This document shows, in pieces, positions 1-13,307 of a stretch of DNA of 64,000 nt. The DNA is from Paraspadella gotoi (Eukaryota; Animalia; Chaetognatha), in NCBI GenBank assembly GCA_051294375.1, contig JBJCIZ010000239.1, positions 6,681,545-6,745,544 on the forward strand. The letters run 5' to 3'. Positions within the stretch are counted from its first letter, which is position 1; each line of letters opens with the position of its first letter. The notes below the pieces were generated by a model. That model was given only the letters and a program-made list of their open reading frames with translations. It searched no databases and was not told the origin of the DNA. Both the position numbers and the translations under genes were made by a program.

Positions 1-326
1 TTTTTCAGTGATTTTTTAAAACTCATTTAAAGACTGACAGACCGAAAAGAGTTCGATTACGAATTTCTTTTGTGAAAATTAACAACGTCGCATTTAATAA
101 AATTATCGAGCAAAATCTTTGTTTGTTTTCATTTTTAGCAATCTCGATATTCACGAGGCATTTCTTGTTTGCATTTAGCGAAGAGTTAACAACCGCGCCC
201 ACCTTGACAAAACGACGCGTCTTTAAGATCTCGGTTAAAATATGGAAGAAAGATTAAAATTGAAGTTGATAAATCAATAATAAATAATAATAAAATATTA
301 CTAAAATTAACTAAAACCTCTCTCAC

Positions 327-356
327 CTTCAAGACTTTTTTGCAAGCATCGCCCAT
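327..356 (-). CDS. Possible first coding exon (MGDACKKVLK) of a gene continuing off the left edge
   Basis: GC-rich island at 330-450 ends on the - strand in AAG|GTGAGA (donor at 326-325), with an in-frame ATG at 356. Too short to assign a product. Confidence 0.3.
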
Positions 357-795
357 CTCCAATTCGTTAAAAAGTTCGGCGGCGTCTTTTGGCTGTGGCG
401 GCGCTGTAGCCGCGGCGTCGAACTCCGGCAGAAAACGCGGGACGGCGTCTTTTTTTTTTAATTTTTAGTCCGAAATAAGAGAAAGAAAAGTCTTAACTAA
501 AACGTCCTCATCTTTTTTTTTATTTTAGGGAAGCTTCGAATTTGGTCTAATCCTGAAAACGAGAGAGAGCAACGATCGGAAAGAATTCGCCAAGTTTTTA
601 TTTTCGAAACAAAAAAACAAAAAAAAAGAGGGAAACGAAACAAAAAAATAAAAATCTGGAAACAAGAAGAAAAAAAGAGACAAAAAAGAAAAAAACCAAA
701 AAACAGGGAGATAAAACTCGAGGAGAAAAAATTCCCCGAGTTTAGAGTCTCATATGGCGAGTGGCTCGGAATCAGAATTGTGGAATCTTGGATTG

Positions 796-841
<46 letters not shown>

Positions 842-1409
842 AGACATCCTCGTCTTTGTCCTCATCGCAAAAGTCGTGGGACGAACAGGCAACCGGGATG
901 ATTCCCGGTCATCGCTTGCTCTTTCTTTTTTAATTTAGAAAAAAGCAAGTAATCTGCTTTTTTTTAGGACTTCGCTTTTGTTCGTTTGTTCTTTTTTTTT
1001 TTAATAAGCTGCATCGAAACATTCGATTCTGGGGAGGAGGAGGAGGAGGAGGAAGAGGAGGAGGACGACGACGACGACGGAGGCAACGACAATTGGAGGA
1101 TCCTGCAACTTTCAGCGAAAGAACATTGTTGTTTATTGTCGCTCGTCGGAGGGGGGTCGTCTTCGTCGTCGTCGGCGTTGTCGTCGTCGTCGTTCGTCGT
1201 CCTTGTTTGTCGGCGAGGATGTGAAAAGTGAATATCTCTCTCTCTCTCTCTCTTTTCATTTTGCACCAAATTTTTCGATTCATTTTTGACCGAAATTAAA
1301 TATAAGTTTGTATTTTGAGTACTAATGTTGATAACCAGAATGTTGTGGCGGAAATAAATATATTTATTTGCATGGGCGTATAATTTCAGTGCTCAACCAT
1401 TTTAGATTC

Positions 1410-1411
1410 TT

Positions 1412-1501
<90 letters not shown>

Positions 1502-1754
1502 CCCTGTTAATCGTTCTTCTTAACAATTGCTATCGCGTCTTGACCAGGTTTTCATCGAGTCGCCTGGCGTCACAAAACACGCTGTGTCACAGAGCTCAGC
1601 GGAAGTGACGTCAAAAAAGTGAAAAAGTCGATTAAGTCGACGTCACTTGGCGGCGGAAAAAGAAAAATTGAATCCTTGTCAAACAAAATGGAATCGAAGA
1701 CGAAGCACAAAAGTCAAGAAAGAAAAGATCATGACGAAGCCTTTCTTTCTTTTT

Positions 1755-1786
<32 letters not shown>

Positions 1787-1830
1787 GCTTTCTTGCTTTC
1801 TTGCTTTCTTTCTTTTTTCTTTTTTTAATT
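1410..1830. repeat. (CT)n and (CTTT)n microsatellites
   Basis: Runs at ~1410-1500 and ~1741-1825; there is also (GTC)n at 798-840. Confidence 0.9.
1600..1646. promoter_or_regulatory. Overlapping ETS-CRE motif plus a second CRE-like site; candidate bidirectional promoter
   Basis: CGGAAGTGACGTCA at 1600-1613 and GACGTCAC at ~1640, between the putative - strand exon and the + strand SPOP-like gene. Confidence 0.4.
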
Positions 1831-2643
1831 TAATCTCTTTCTTTTTATTTCATTTTATTATTTCTTTCCTACTTGTTTTTGTTTTGATTTTTTCTAGTTA
1901 TTTTTTTTCTTTCTCTTTATTTATTTCCTTCTCTCTTTTTTTCTTTCTTTTTTTCTTTTTATTTTTGAAATCATTTTATTTTTTTTCATTTAAGCTTTGC
2001 TCTTTTGTTTTAAATCCCGGCGATGACTCCGGCGACGATAGAGGTCGCCTCCCCTCGATTTCCTTTTGTCTAAACTTAATCGTTTTCTAATCTCGCAACT
2101 TTTAAACGATTAATTCTTTTTTACCTTTTGTTTTCTTTTAATTTTCAAACGAAATTTTTGATAACTCGCTAGAAATCTCTTAGATTGGGCGTCGTTTTTT
2201 TCTTGTGACACTTCTGAATATATAGCAAATATTAATAATTAATACTGATAAATAAATGATTAATAAATGAAAATAGGCTCATTTTTGTCAGTTAGAACAA
2301 CAACGAAGCACATCTCTGATGAAAAACTCGGGTTTGTTTTTTTACGCATTAATTAATTTTACGCAGTAATTGTATTTCTCTGGTTTAAAAATTTGCTTTG
2401 TAACGGCGAGAACAAAAAAAAAGGAAATAATTATTAGGCATTTTTTGGGGTGGTTGGGGTTTTAGGGGGGGGATTTACGATTTTTCGATTATGTGGGGGT
2501 TTTTTTCTTTAACTTTTCACTTGTGTTTTTCCCCCCCTCTTAATCTTCTTTTATCCCAAAAAAACTTTTTTTTTTCATTTTAAATTTTAATCTTTCACTC
2601 TTTTTCTTACATTGTTATGCCGATGAGCAGAGAATGGGAGCCT

Positions 2644-2985
2644 GAGAGAGAGAGAGAGGAAGAGAGGGAGAGTGGGAGAGAGAGAGAGAAGGAGAGAAGA
2701 AGAAAAGAATGAAATAGAAAATAGAGAGGAAGATGAGAATGACAGAAAGAGAGAGAAGAAGAGAATTAAAAAAAAATAGAGAAGAGAAAAAAGAAAAAGA
2801 AAAAAGAGAGGAAGATAAGAATGAAAGAAAGAGAGAGAAGAAGAGAATTAAAACGAAATAGAGAAGAAGAAAAGAATTAAAAAGAAAAGAGAGAGGAAGA
2901 CGAGAATGAAAGAGAGAAGAAGAAGAGAATTAAAAAGAAAAGATAGAGAGAAAAGAGAATTAAAGAGAGAAGAGAGAAGAGAAAG
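2644..2985. repeat. GA-rich low-complexity degenerate tandem repeat
   Basis: Recurring AGAGAGGAAGATGAGAATGAAAGAAAGAGAGAGAAGAAGAGAATTAAAA-like units. Confidence 0.8.
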
Positions 2986-3940
2986 GAATATGACGAGGAG
3001 GCCTTGGCTAAAAAAATGGCAGACGATGTTTTTTTTGGTGGAAACTTTGAGTCGTCGGTGACAGGATGAGATGCGGCCCTTCAATTTTATTCAGAGGAGA
3101 AGGGGGAGCGAGGGGGGGTGAAAGAGGCTTCTTTTTTCTTGCTACTTTCTAAGTTTTCCTTCTTTATTTTTAAATTTTTATTTTTCTTTTATCCAGGTGA
3201 GTTTTTTTAATTTTTTTTTAAGTCTTTGCATTCGATGTCTTTTGAATTCTTTCCCACTGAAAAAAGGTCAGGTCGATGGAAGTCAGGGTCGAAAAGTCTA
3301 GAGAGAGAGTGAAATAAAAAAAGTTTTTAAGGCTTTTAAAAATGCCGAAAACACGGCAAAAAGAAATAAAGGGAAGAATTTATTGTAATCAAATGTAAAA
3401 TTGGGAAAAAGTCACCCAGCTTTAAAGTCTACAGAGCCCCATTTTTGTTGTGATTTAAAATTGTTTTAACCCAAATAATTTAACCGTAATCTTTAGCAAA
3501 ATACTTAACCTAATGGCCCGACCAGACGACCAGACACCCAGCCACCCAGTCAGCCACTCTGTCAGCCACCCAGCTTCATCTTATTAATTCTACAAAGTAA
3601 ATATGATGCATCATAGCAGCCCCATTAATAAAGAGCAAATAAGTATTCCGATGATAAAAAAAAAAAGAATTTCATCCGACACCAGAACGAGCGACCCCTA
3701 CGCACGAAGACGTTCAATTGTTTGTTGTTTTTTTAACCAGACGCGGCCGAGTTGAGCCACTCTTTTCCCGAAGCCTCGATCCGATACTTTCCTCGCGTAG
3801 AAAAGATGTCTACACTCGAAGAGGCGGCTACCGGGCCTCGCTTCAATCTAGGTTTCCTAGAATTTTCATATTTTTTCCTCATTTTTTTCTCCGTCCTTTT
3901 TTTCAACGATCTGGTCAAGCTGAAGACGCTGGCGGGCGAG

Positions 3941-6900
3941 ATGCTGGGGAACCTGCTGTCGTGCTGTAGAATCCGTCCGGAGCCTGAGCTGGAGGAAGAA
4001 GGCGCCAACGAGCTCAGCACCACGGGTTTCCGGGGAGGAGGCGGGAGGGGGGGGTTCGGTTTTTGAGAGAGACTGACAGACTAAGATGCTTTTTGCCTCC
4101 TGGTCAAGAGAGATATCGATTTGAGAAGTTTGAAAAAATAATTATAGACATTAGACAAATCTTTAACGAGTTGGTACAAAGATGAAATAAAATTAGTACA
4201 AATTCTGAGATAATGTCGCCAATCATCGCCAATCATGTTCCATTGACTGGGTTTCTTTATCAATCCCTAAGCTTAATTCTAATCTTAATACAAAATTTTA
4301 AACTAAATTCTTCATTCTTCTCCTAATCCCTTTTCCATAAAACTATAAGTTTTAACCTAATCCTTAGGCTTATTTTTTAACCTAAAAATTAACTAAATCC
4401 TGAATTTAAGATGAAATATGTCGTTTTAAAGAATTAATGTCAAAAGTTCGATTCAAAAATTAATTGAGGATTGAGCTTTCGTCCCTCATTTGTTTTCTTT
4501 TCACCAATCGCCCGTACTCCGCGCAAAGAATCCCGTAACTGACCCACTTTCCTCACCCACACTCCTCTTCTTTCCCTTCACCGGCAGACGCGGATCAAGA
4601 ACCTCAGAAGATCGAAAATCTCGCGTCTTGGGGCGACACCTTCAGCAACATCAGCGAGTTCACCTACGTCTGGACGATTCACAATTTCAGGCATGAGATT
4701 TTTTCACCGTGATCCGTACGACTTTTTATTGTGAGTTTGAGAACTACTTTGCAAATACATCGGTTCGGTTTTGAGTTTTAATTTTTGATATTTGTTTAAC
4801 TTTAAGCCAAACACATTTGAACATTTGATAATTTTTAGGGAGAAGAAAATAATTAGTACCTCGTTAAAATATATTTTAACACTTCTATCACAATGCAGCT
4901 CTGCTTATATTTAAGATAATATTGTGGCGAATCCTAAATTCGCCTCCCGTATAGCTTGGTGAAACTCAGCTCGTCCCATTGGCTTGGACAGCTAAGTACT
5001 CGTTCACCAACTCGGTCACGCTGGTTAAAGTGTGATGGTGTCGGCATAAACACGCCAGTGACATGGGGTGGTCATTGCAGGTCCAAAGCTCTGAGCGCCA
5101 GCTGTCGGAAGATGCCTCACACCCCAGGTATCACACATGTCCCCCCGTTGATATAAGATCTAGAATCTACCGCCGCACGATCCCGCGAAGAGAATAAACA
5201 AATAAAACATAAATATACAGAATACAATTTTGGTCATCAATCTTTGTCTTCGGAATTCTCCGTATTTTTCTCGCAACCCTTGACAACCGTGACGACCACG
5301 ATGGCGCCGAAGACGACGACGATCCCCATGGCCTCCAGCGTCGTGATCGTCTCTTGAAAAAAGACCAACCCCAGCAAGGTCGTCGTGGGGATGACCCCGG
5401 CGATGATGAGGTTTCCCAGAATTCCGGCCACACCCGTCCCGAACTCTTCCAGCTCGTTGCAGCCAATCTGTTGGGATAATCTCGCCACCGTGGACGCAAC
5501 GCCCGTGACCAACATGGCCGTCGTCTCTGTCGGCGCAGTCGCCCAGACGGCGGCGACGGCTGCGGGACCGCCGCCGATGCAGCAGCAGACGGCAGCGAAT
5601 ACTGCGCTGCAGGCCAGACGGACTGCGAGAAAATTGGACCAATGAGCGTCGGCTGTCGCGGCGAAGAAGAAAGGATAGACTAGAGTGAGGACATTGTCCA
5701 CTCCGGCCAAGACGTAACCGGCGACGGGAACGTCGTCCGTCTCTCCGAACACGATCCGCGGATGCGTGATCAGGAGGAGTCCGACGACGGCGGCGACGAC
5801 GCCGACGATCTCGATGGCGCCGACCCGGCGCCGGTGGAAGAGCAGCGTGACCGCCGGAGCGAAGAGGAATCCGGATCCTCCTATGGAAGCGAGGACGCCG
5901 AGCGGCATGATATCGAAGAGGGCGGCGCCGCGCCAGACGATAAAGTTGACGTTGAGGAGAACGCCGAAGAGGAGGAAGAGCGCCAATCGACGCCGCGATC
6001 TCACCGTCCAATTCTTGATGGCGACAGGGATGATCGGCGTCGTGGCGAGGGCCTCGCCCGCGAAGAGAGAGACGATGGCCGCCGACATGGGTAAGGCGGC
6101 CGAGGCGCGGAAGTTGCTGCTGCAGAGGCTGGTGAGGAAGACGTAGCAGGCGTTGAAGAAGGAGCCGAAAGCGAGGGCGGAAACGGACCCCACCGGCATT
6201 TTTCAAAAAGAAAATGAGATGCTGATGCTGATGCTGATGCTGTAGAAGGAGGAAGAGGAGGAAGATGAGTTGGTGGAGGAGATTTTAAGAGGGCTGAAGT
6301 AAAGGTTTTTGTATAGGATCGTTTGATGTTGTTTTATTTTTGTTTTTGTTGTTTTGTTTTTGTTTTCATTTTCCACGATTTTGTTCACGGGCAGAGAAAA
6401 TAGAAGGCGAAGGACGAATGAAAATTTTTTTTTCAAGCTCGGTTTTTTTTTCGGGGGGGGAGGAAATCGGTTGATTGTACTTTTTTTCTTTTCTTCTTTT
6501 CTCTCTCTCTCTCTCTCTCTCTCCCTCTCTCTCTAACTCTCTCTCTCTCTCTGGGTGCCGTGCGTGGAATTAACTATTAAGGCAGGGAGTTAAGTCGATC
6601 TGTTTAAGGGGCAATCATAAAAACTTCATAAGATATAACCTATATCTTTGATATTTAAAAATGTGTAGAAGAAGATAATAGCCTTCGTTTTAAATTTCAT
6701 CGAAATCCATTTAAAAAATGGTATAAACTAAGTTTAATATGTGTACATGATTTTTCACATGATCTTACTTAATTTCTATTGATCGGAAACGAGCGGCACC
6801 CGAGGTCTTAACGGATCATAGGATTTGAAGCAAGCATATACGTAACAGTGCCGGTTGCCATTGTAATATATCCACTCCGTAACTACTTAAGTTGGTATTG

Positions 6901-7410
6901 TATCAACTTGCAGAGGATATTAGTTGTCTCTTTGGTTGAATGAAAAATAAAAAATAAAAAAATTTAAAAAGATAAAATAAAACTTTGCGCTTTTTCCTAA
7001 TAAAACCCCTTTTCACTTTTTAAAAATAAAAGGGTAATGACGATTTTTTAATAATACGATCGATTCGGATCTTGGCGGGAAAAAGAGAGCCTAAGTCTTT
7101 GAAGATTTAATTTGGTTCACGAGAAAGCGTCATTCAATGAAATAAGTCCTTTCCTTTTTCTAATTTGTAATTTTTTTTTTCATTTAGATCTGTTTTTTTA
7201 ATTTCTAGTTTCTAATTTCCTTTTTTAATTCTACTCTATAATTTCGCTTTCATGAACAATTTTATTTTAATATAAGGAGAAAACAATTTGATTTGTTTTG
7301 ACAACGAATTATATTAAGTTCATAGTCAAAACAAATCAAATTGTTATCGAGCCTTGACCGGCGAAGCCGGTCAGCTCTATAATGTTTTAGGGTTGCTTCT
7401 TTGTGACGTA

Positions 7411-7445
<35 letters not shown>

Positions 7446-8415
7446 GACGCTGTTTTGTTATATAAAAACTACTACGCTTTTATAGGTTTGGCTGTGACTT
7501 ACCGTTTTTTTTTAAATAAAAATTATTATGAATTATGATAAAGTTTTACAAAAGTGTGCAATCATAGTAAGTTAAAAAATTTAGATATGGCTTCTCAGTT
7601 TGAAATAGCTTTGATATTTTCTTATTACATTTGGAATTAAGTATTTTTTGTTTGAATTTCCACTTCATTATGATTTACTGCAATATGCAAATGAGATTAT
7701 AGTACTCATTATAATATCCAAATTAGTATATAGAAATGCTTTAATCTAATTTACATATTGCAGTATATAATATTGAAGATGAAATTCAAAAAATTTTTTT
7801 AAATTTCTAATAAAAATGGGAACTCAAAGGATTTTTTAATGAGAAGCTATATCTTAATTTTAATACAAATAAAAATAAATCTTTTACAAGCTGCGATTGG
7901 AAAAAATTGGAAAAATTTCCAATTGTAAACCATTGTAACATTTTTTGCCTTTCTTTTATTTATTTTTTAATTATATATTTATTTTATTCAGGCGCTGCCT
8001 TTTCTGAATCGTTAAAAAACGAGTTCAGGGTCTCTCTCAGCCTCTCTCAGTCGCTCTCTGTGTGCGTCTGTCTCTCTCTGTACGATCTCATGCATGATCG
8101 TTCATTTTTTTAAAAATTCTGATTATTTTTTTCCTTCTAAAAAACTTTTATTATCGCCATTTATTCCGCGCTTCTTTCTCAATACAAAATCCCAAATTTA
8201 CATCTGAGATTTTCGTGGATTTTTTTGAGAAATATGAAGAATATCTCACTTGACCTGGATTTCGTGGCCGTTGCAGGGCAACGAGTAAACAATGTCGAGG
8301 AACATGAACTTGATGGCAACGGAAACGTTACGTGTATAAAAAAAATCAACTTGACCGAGATCACGCCGATATAAACGAGAGTGACCTAATATTGCGTATC
8401 GTTGGCGGAAAACTT

Positions 8416-8458
<43 letters not shown>

Positions 8459-9203
8459 TTCTCTCTTTCTATCTCTTTTTTTTCTACAAAAATAATTTTT
8501 TAGTCACTTTTTTTTCATCACCGTCACTGGCGCTCTCTCTCTCTCTCTCTCTCTCTGTGTGTACGATCGTTCGTTTTTTGAAAAATTTCTTATTATTTTT
8601 TTCCTTCTAAAAACTTTTATTATCGCCATTATTTTTTTCTCCAATACAAAATCCCAAATTACATCCGAGATTTTCGTGGTTCCATTTTAAATAAAAGGAA
8701 AAATAACTTGTAATGCAGGCAATGTCACATGTACATCAGCTTGCTATATGTCCGGCAATTCCACGGATTAATTTAATTGCATATATAATTTTCTAAAAAA
8801 AAATTTTTTTTGTTTTTGTTTAATACTGTAACTTTGGACCGGTCGGCCCACTATTGGCAAATTATATCTAAAATAGGAGTTGAGAAGAGAGATATAGTCA
8901 AATTAAACATTACTTTTTTGTTATTCTAATAATTTTTACAATTTTAAATTTGTAAATTTTTTTTAGTGTATATATTAATCATTTTTATCCTTTTTAAAAT
9001 AATAATTATTTGAGTTGGGATAAATATTTATAAATTAGTTAAATATGCAAATATGAAATTTGACCTCGGTCTGGTTTCTTCTTAAAAAAAAACAATCTAA
9101 AATTTCATTCAAGATTAAAACTTTTTTTAAGATGAGGACATAAAGTTTTCTTTGATAAGTAAAATAAATATTAGAAAGGAAAGAGTTCGTCCCTACTCAG
9201 ATA

Positions 9204-9268
<65 letters not shown>

Positions 9269-9901
9269 TTCATTCATACACGCATTTGTTTGTTTTATTA
9301 CGATGAATGATTCATCGCGTCAATGAATGACTATCATCGCATCAATGAATGATTATCATCATATCAATGAATGATTATCATCACATCAATGAATGACTAT
9401 CATCGCATCAATCATTTGATTATCATCACATCATTATTTTGTTATCATCGCATCAATTATTGGTTATCATCGCATCAATATTTGGTTATCATCGCATCAA
9501 TATTTGGTTTCATCAAAAGTAGGCTCGATTCCTTATGCTTTTAAGATTTTTTTTCTCCTAATTCCTAAAAAAACACAAAAAAACCAACGAAATGAAAGTC
9601 TTTAAAGTTTAAACAATATTTTAATATTTAAAATATTAGTTGTTGCAAATCGAAATTACTTTACGGGCCACAATTATTGATTGCGATGATTCAAACGTTG
9701 ATCCCAATTAGTGATCGCAACCCTGATGTTGCTCCCCCCTTCGCCCCACCTTTTCCATAACCAGTCATCATCCGCGTACGAGCGGGGAATATCTCGACAG
9801 TCCTCCATTTTATGATAACGACGGAAGAACCAAGTGGAACCTGAGACTTTATCCGGGAGGCAAGCGAGCTTGATTTTTTTTTTCATAGCTTGGCGTGTAA
9901 A

Positions 9902-9935
<34 letters not shown>

Positions 9936-12773
9936 ATTGTTCGAAAGTTCGGTGTTTACCACCTTACGATCCCTTCAAACTGTAATATAATGGACACCTG
10001 ACGAAATAGAAAACAAATTTCTTTTTTTTATTAACTAATAACTAATAACTATGTATTGTGTAATGTAATGTAATTTTTATTGACTTTTTTTTGCAGGTCG
10101 GGGACCCGAGCACAAGGATCACATTTCCCTTCACCTCTGCCTCCTCAGCTCAAACATACTTCGAGGTAATATTTATGTCGATCGGTCCGTCTGTCCCGTC
10201 TTGTTTTTGGGGTTTCTTTTTCAAATTTTTGTCGAACTGACAATCCAATGCCCGCTTCCCATACCAGACGGATTTTCGTTGTCCAAAGAAGTCAACGCGA
10301 AACTTCGCGTTTCCGTCTTGAACGAAGAAAAACTTCCCATTTGGGAAATATCCTTTACCGGTTCGTTATCTTTGGCGTGCGTGCGTGCGTGCGTGCGTTA
10401 GTTCGTTCCTTCGTTCGTTCAATCGTTCATTCATTCGTTGTCTTATTAAAGAGAACTTAAAAGAGAGTTTTCATTGAAAGCACTTCGAACTTTTCTTTTT
10501 TTCCCTTTCATGCTTCTTTTTCCATTTTTTTTTCCAATTCCCGCATTCTTTTTACTTTTTCTTCTGATTCCTTTTCATAATTATTATTATGACATTATTG
10601 ACTTTTTATGACTTTAAATGTATATTTATAATTAATATTTTAATTCCTTCTTCCATTTCGATCTCCAACTCAAAGGCACCCGCGGGTTTCAACCCAAGAA
10701 CGCCGGGACCAACTGGGGCTGGCACAAGTTCCTGTCCCACGAGCTGGTCTACGACTCGGTCAAGGGCTACCTGCCGGGAGACAAGCTCATCCTCAAGAGC
10801 GACGTCTCGATGGTCGCGTCCGTCACGGCGACGGCGGGCGTCCTTCCCTCGCCGCCGTCCACTCTTGCGGCGACGACGCCGACGATCTCGATGGCGCCGA
10901 CCCGGCGCCGGTGGAAGAGCAGCGTGACCGCCGGAGCGAAGAGGAATCCGGATCCTCCTATGGAAGCGAGGACGCCGAGCGGCATGATATCGAAGAGGGC
11001 GGCGCCGCGCCAGACGATAAAGTTGGCGTTGAGGAGAACGCCGAAGAGGAGGAAGAGCGCCAATCGACGCCGCGATCTCACCGTCCAATTCTTGATGGCG
11101 ACAGGGATGATCGGCGTCGTGGCGAGGGCCTCGCCCGCGAAGAGAGAGACGATGGCCGCCGACATGGTAAGGCGGCCGAGGCGCGGAAGTTGCTGCTGCA
11201 GAGGCTGGTGAGGAAGACGTAGCAGGCGTTGAAGAAGGAGCCGAAAGCGAGGGCGGAAACCGACCCCACCGGCATTTTTCAAAAAGAAATGAGATGCTGA
11301 TGCTGATGCTGATGCTGTAGAAGGAGGAAGAGGAGGAAGATGAGTTGGTGGAGGAGATTTTAAGAGGGCTGAAGTAAAGGTTTTTGTATAGGATCGTTTG
11401 ATGTTGTTTTATTTTTGTTTTTGTTGTTTTGTTTTTGTTTTCATTTTCCACGATTTTGTTCACGGGCAGAGAAAATAGAAGGCGAAGGACGAATGAAAAT
11501 TTTTTTTTCAAGCTCGGTTTTTTTTTCGGGGGGAGGAAATCGGTTGATTGTACTTTTTTTCTTTTCTTCTTTTCTCTCTCTCTCTCTCTCTCTCTCCCTC
11601 TCTCTCTAACTCTCTCTCTCTCTCTGGGTGCCGTGCGTGGAATTAACTATTAAGGCAGGGAGTTAAGTCGATCTGTTTAAGGGGCAATCATAAAAACTTC
11701 ATAAGATATAACCTATATCTTTGATATTTAAAAATGTGTAGAAGAAGATAATAGCCTTCGTTTTAAATTTCATCGAAATCCATTTAAAAAATGGTATAAA
11801 CTAAGTTTAATATGTGTACATGATTTTTCACATGATCTTACTTAATTTCTATTGATCGGAAACGAGCGGCACCCGAGGTCTTAACGGATCATAGGATTTG
11901 AAGCAAGCATATACGTAACAGTGCCGGTTGCCATTGTAATATATCCACTCCGTAACTACTTAAGTTGGTATTGTATCAACTTGCAGAGGATATTAGTTGT
12001 CTCTTTGGTTGAATGAAAAATAAAAAATAAAAAAATTAAAAAGATAAAATAAAACTTTGCGCTTTTTCCTAATAAAACCCCTTTTCACTTTTTAAAAATA
12101 AAGGGTAATGACGATTTTTTAATAATACGATCGATTCGGATCTTGGCGGGAAAAAGAGAGCCTAAGTCTTTGAAGATTTAATTTGGTTCACGAGAAAGCG
12201 TCAGTCAATGAAATAAGTCCTTTCCTTTTTCTAATTTGTAATTTTTTTTTTCATTTAGATCTGTTTTTTTAATTTCTAGTTTCTAATTTCCTTTTTTAAT
12301 TCTACTCTATAATTTCGCTTTCATGAACAATTTTATTTTAATATAAGGAGAAAACAATTTGATTTGTTTTTGACAGCGAATTATATTAAGTTCATAGTCA
12401 AAACAAATCAAATTGTTTTTCTCCTAATTCCTAAAAAAAAAACACAAAAAAACCAACGAAATAGAAAGTCTTTAAAGTTTAAACAATATTTTAATATTTA
12501 AAAATATTAGTTGTTGCAAATCGAAATTACTTTACGGGCCACAATTATTGATTGCGATGATTACAAACGTTGATCCCAATTAGTGATCGCAACCCTGATG
12601 TTGCTCCCCCCCTTCCGCCCCACTTTTTCCATAACCAGTCATCATCCGCGTACGAGCGGGAATATCTCGACAGTCCTCCCTTTTATGATAACGACGGAAG
12701 AACCAAGTGGAACCTGAGACTTTATCCGGGAGGCAAGCGAGCTTGATTTTTTTTTTCATATAGCTTGGCGTGT

Positions 12774-12852
<79 letters not shown>

Positions 12853-13276
12853 ATTGTTCGAAAGTTCGGTGTAGTTTTACCACCTTACGATCCCTTCAAA
12901 CTGTCATATAATGGACACCTGACGAAATAGAAAACAAATTTCTTTTCTTTATAAACTATATATTGTGTAATGTTTTTTATTTACTTTATTTTGCAGGTCG
13001 GGGACCCGAGCACAAGGATCACATTTCCCTTCACCTCTGCCTCCTCAGCTCAAACATACTTCGAGGTAATATTTATGTCGATCGGTCCGTCTGTCCCGTC
13101 TTGTTTTTGGGGTTTCTTTTTCAAATTTTTGTCGAACTGACAATCCAATATCCGCTTCCCATACCAGACGGATTTTCGTTGTCCAAAGAAGTCAACGCTA
13201 AACTTCGTGTTTTCCGTCTTGAACGAAGAAAAAACTTCCCATTTGGGAAATATCCTTTACCGGTTCGTTTTCTTTG

Positions 13277-13307
<31 letters not shown>

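Noticed and set aside
497-3084. ORFs rich in poly-T/S/E/F/L (e.g. 497-892, 930-1283, 1647-2090)
   Set aside because: They are translations of (GTC)n, (GGA)n, (CT)n and (CTTT)n microsatellites with no domain signal.
3806-3940. Transmembrane-like N-terminus (FLEFSYFFLIFFSVLFF) and a myristoylation-like MLGNLLSCC for the SPOP-like protein
   Set aside because: The hydrophobic stretch looks like an intron pyrimidine tract (G|GTTTCC...TCAAG|), and Gly is at position 3, not 2.
5160-6206. 348-aa Arg-rich ORF and antisense ORFs over the transporter
   Set aside because: Alternative frames of a GC-rich CDS.
9302-9512. Possible CRISPR array
   Set aside because: Head-to-tail degenerate units with no spacers, no cas genes, and a eukaryotic context.
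10606-11511. Chimeric transporter/MATH fusion ORFs
   Set aside because: Created by the 10866 junction and a 1-nt indel in the probably artefactual duplicate.
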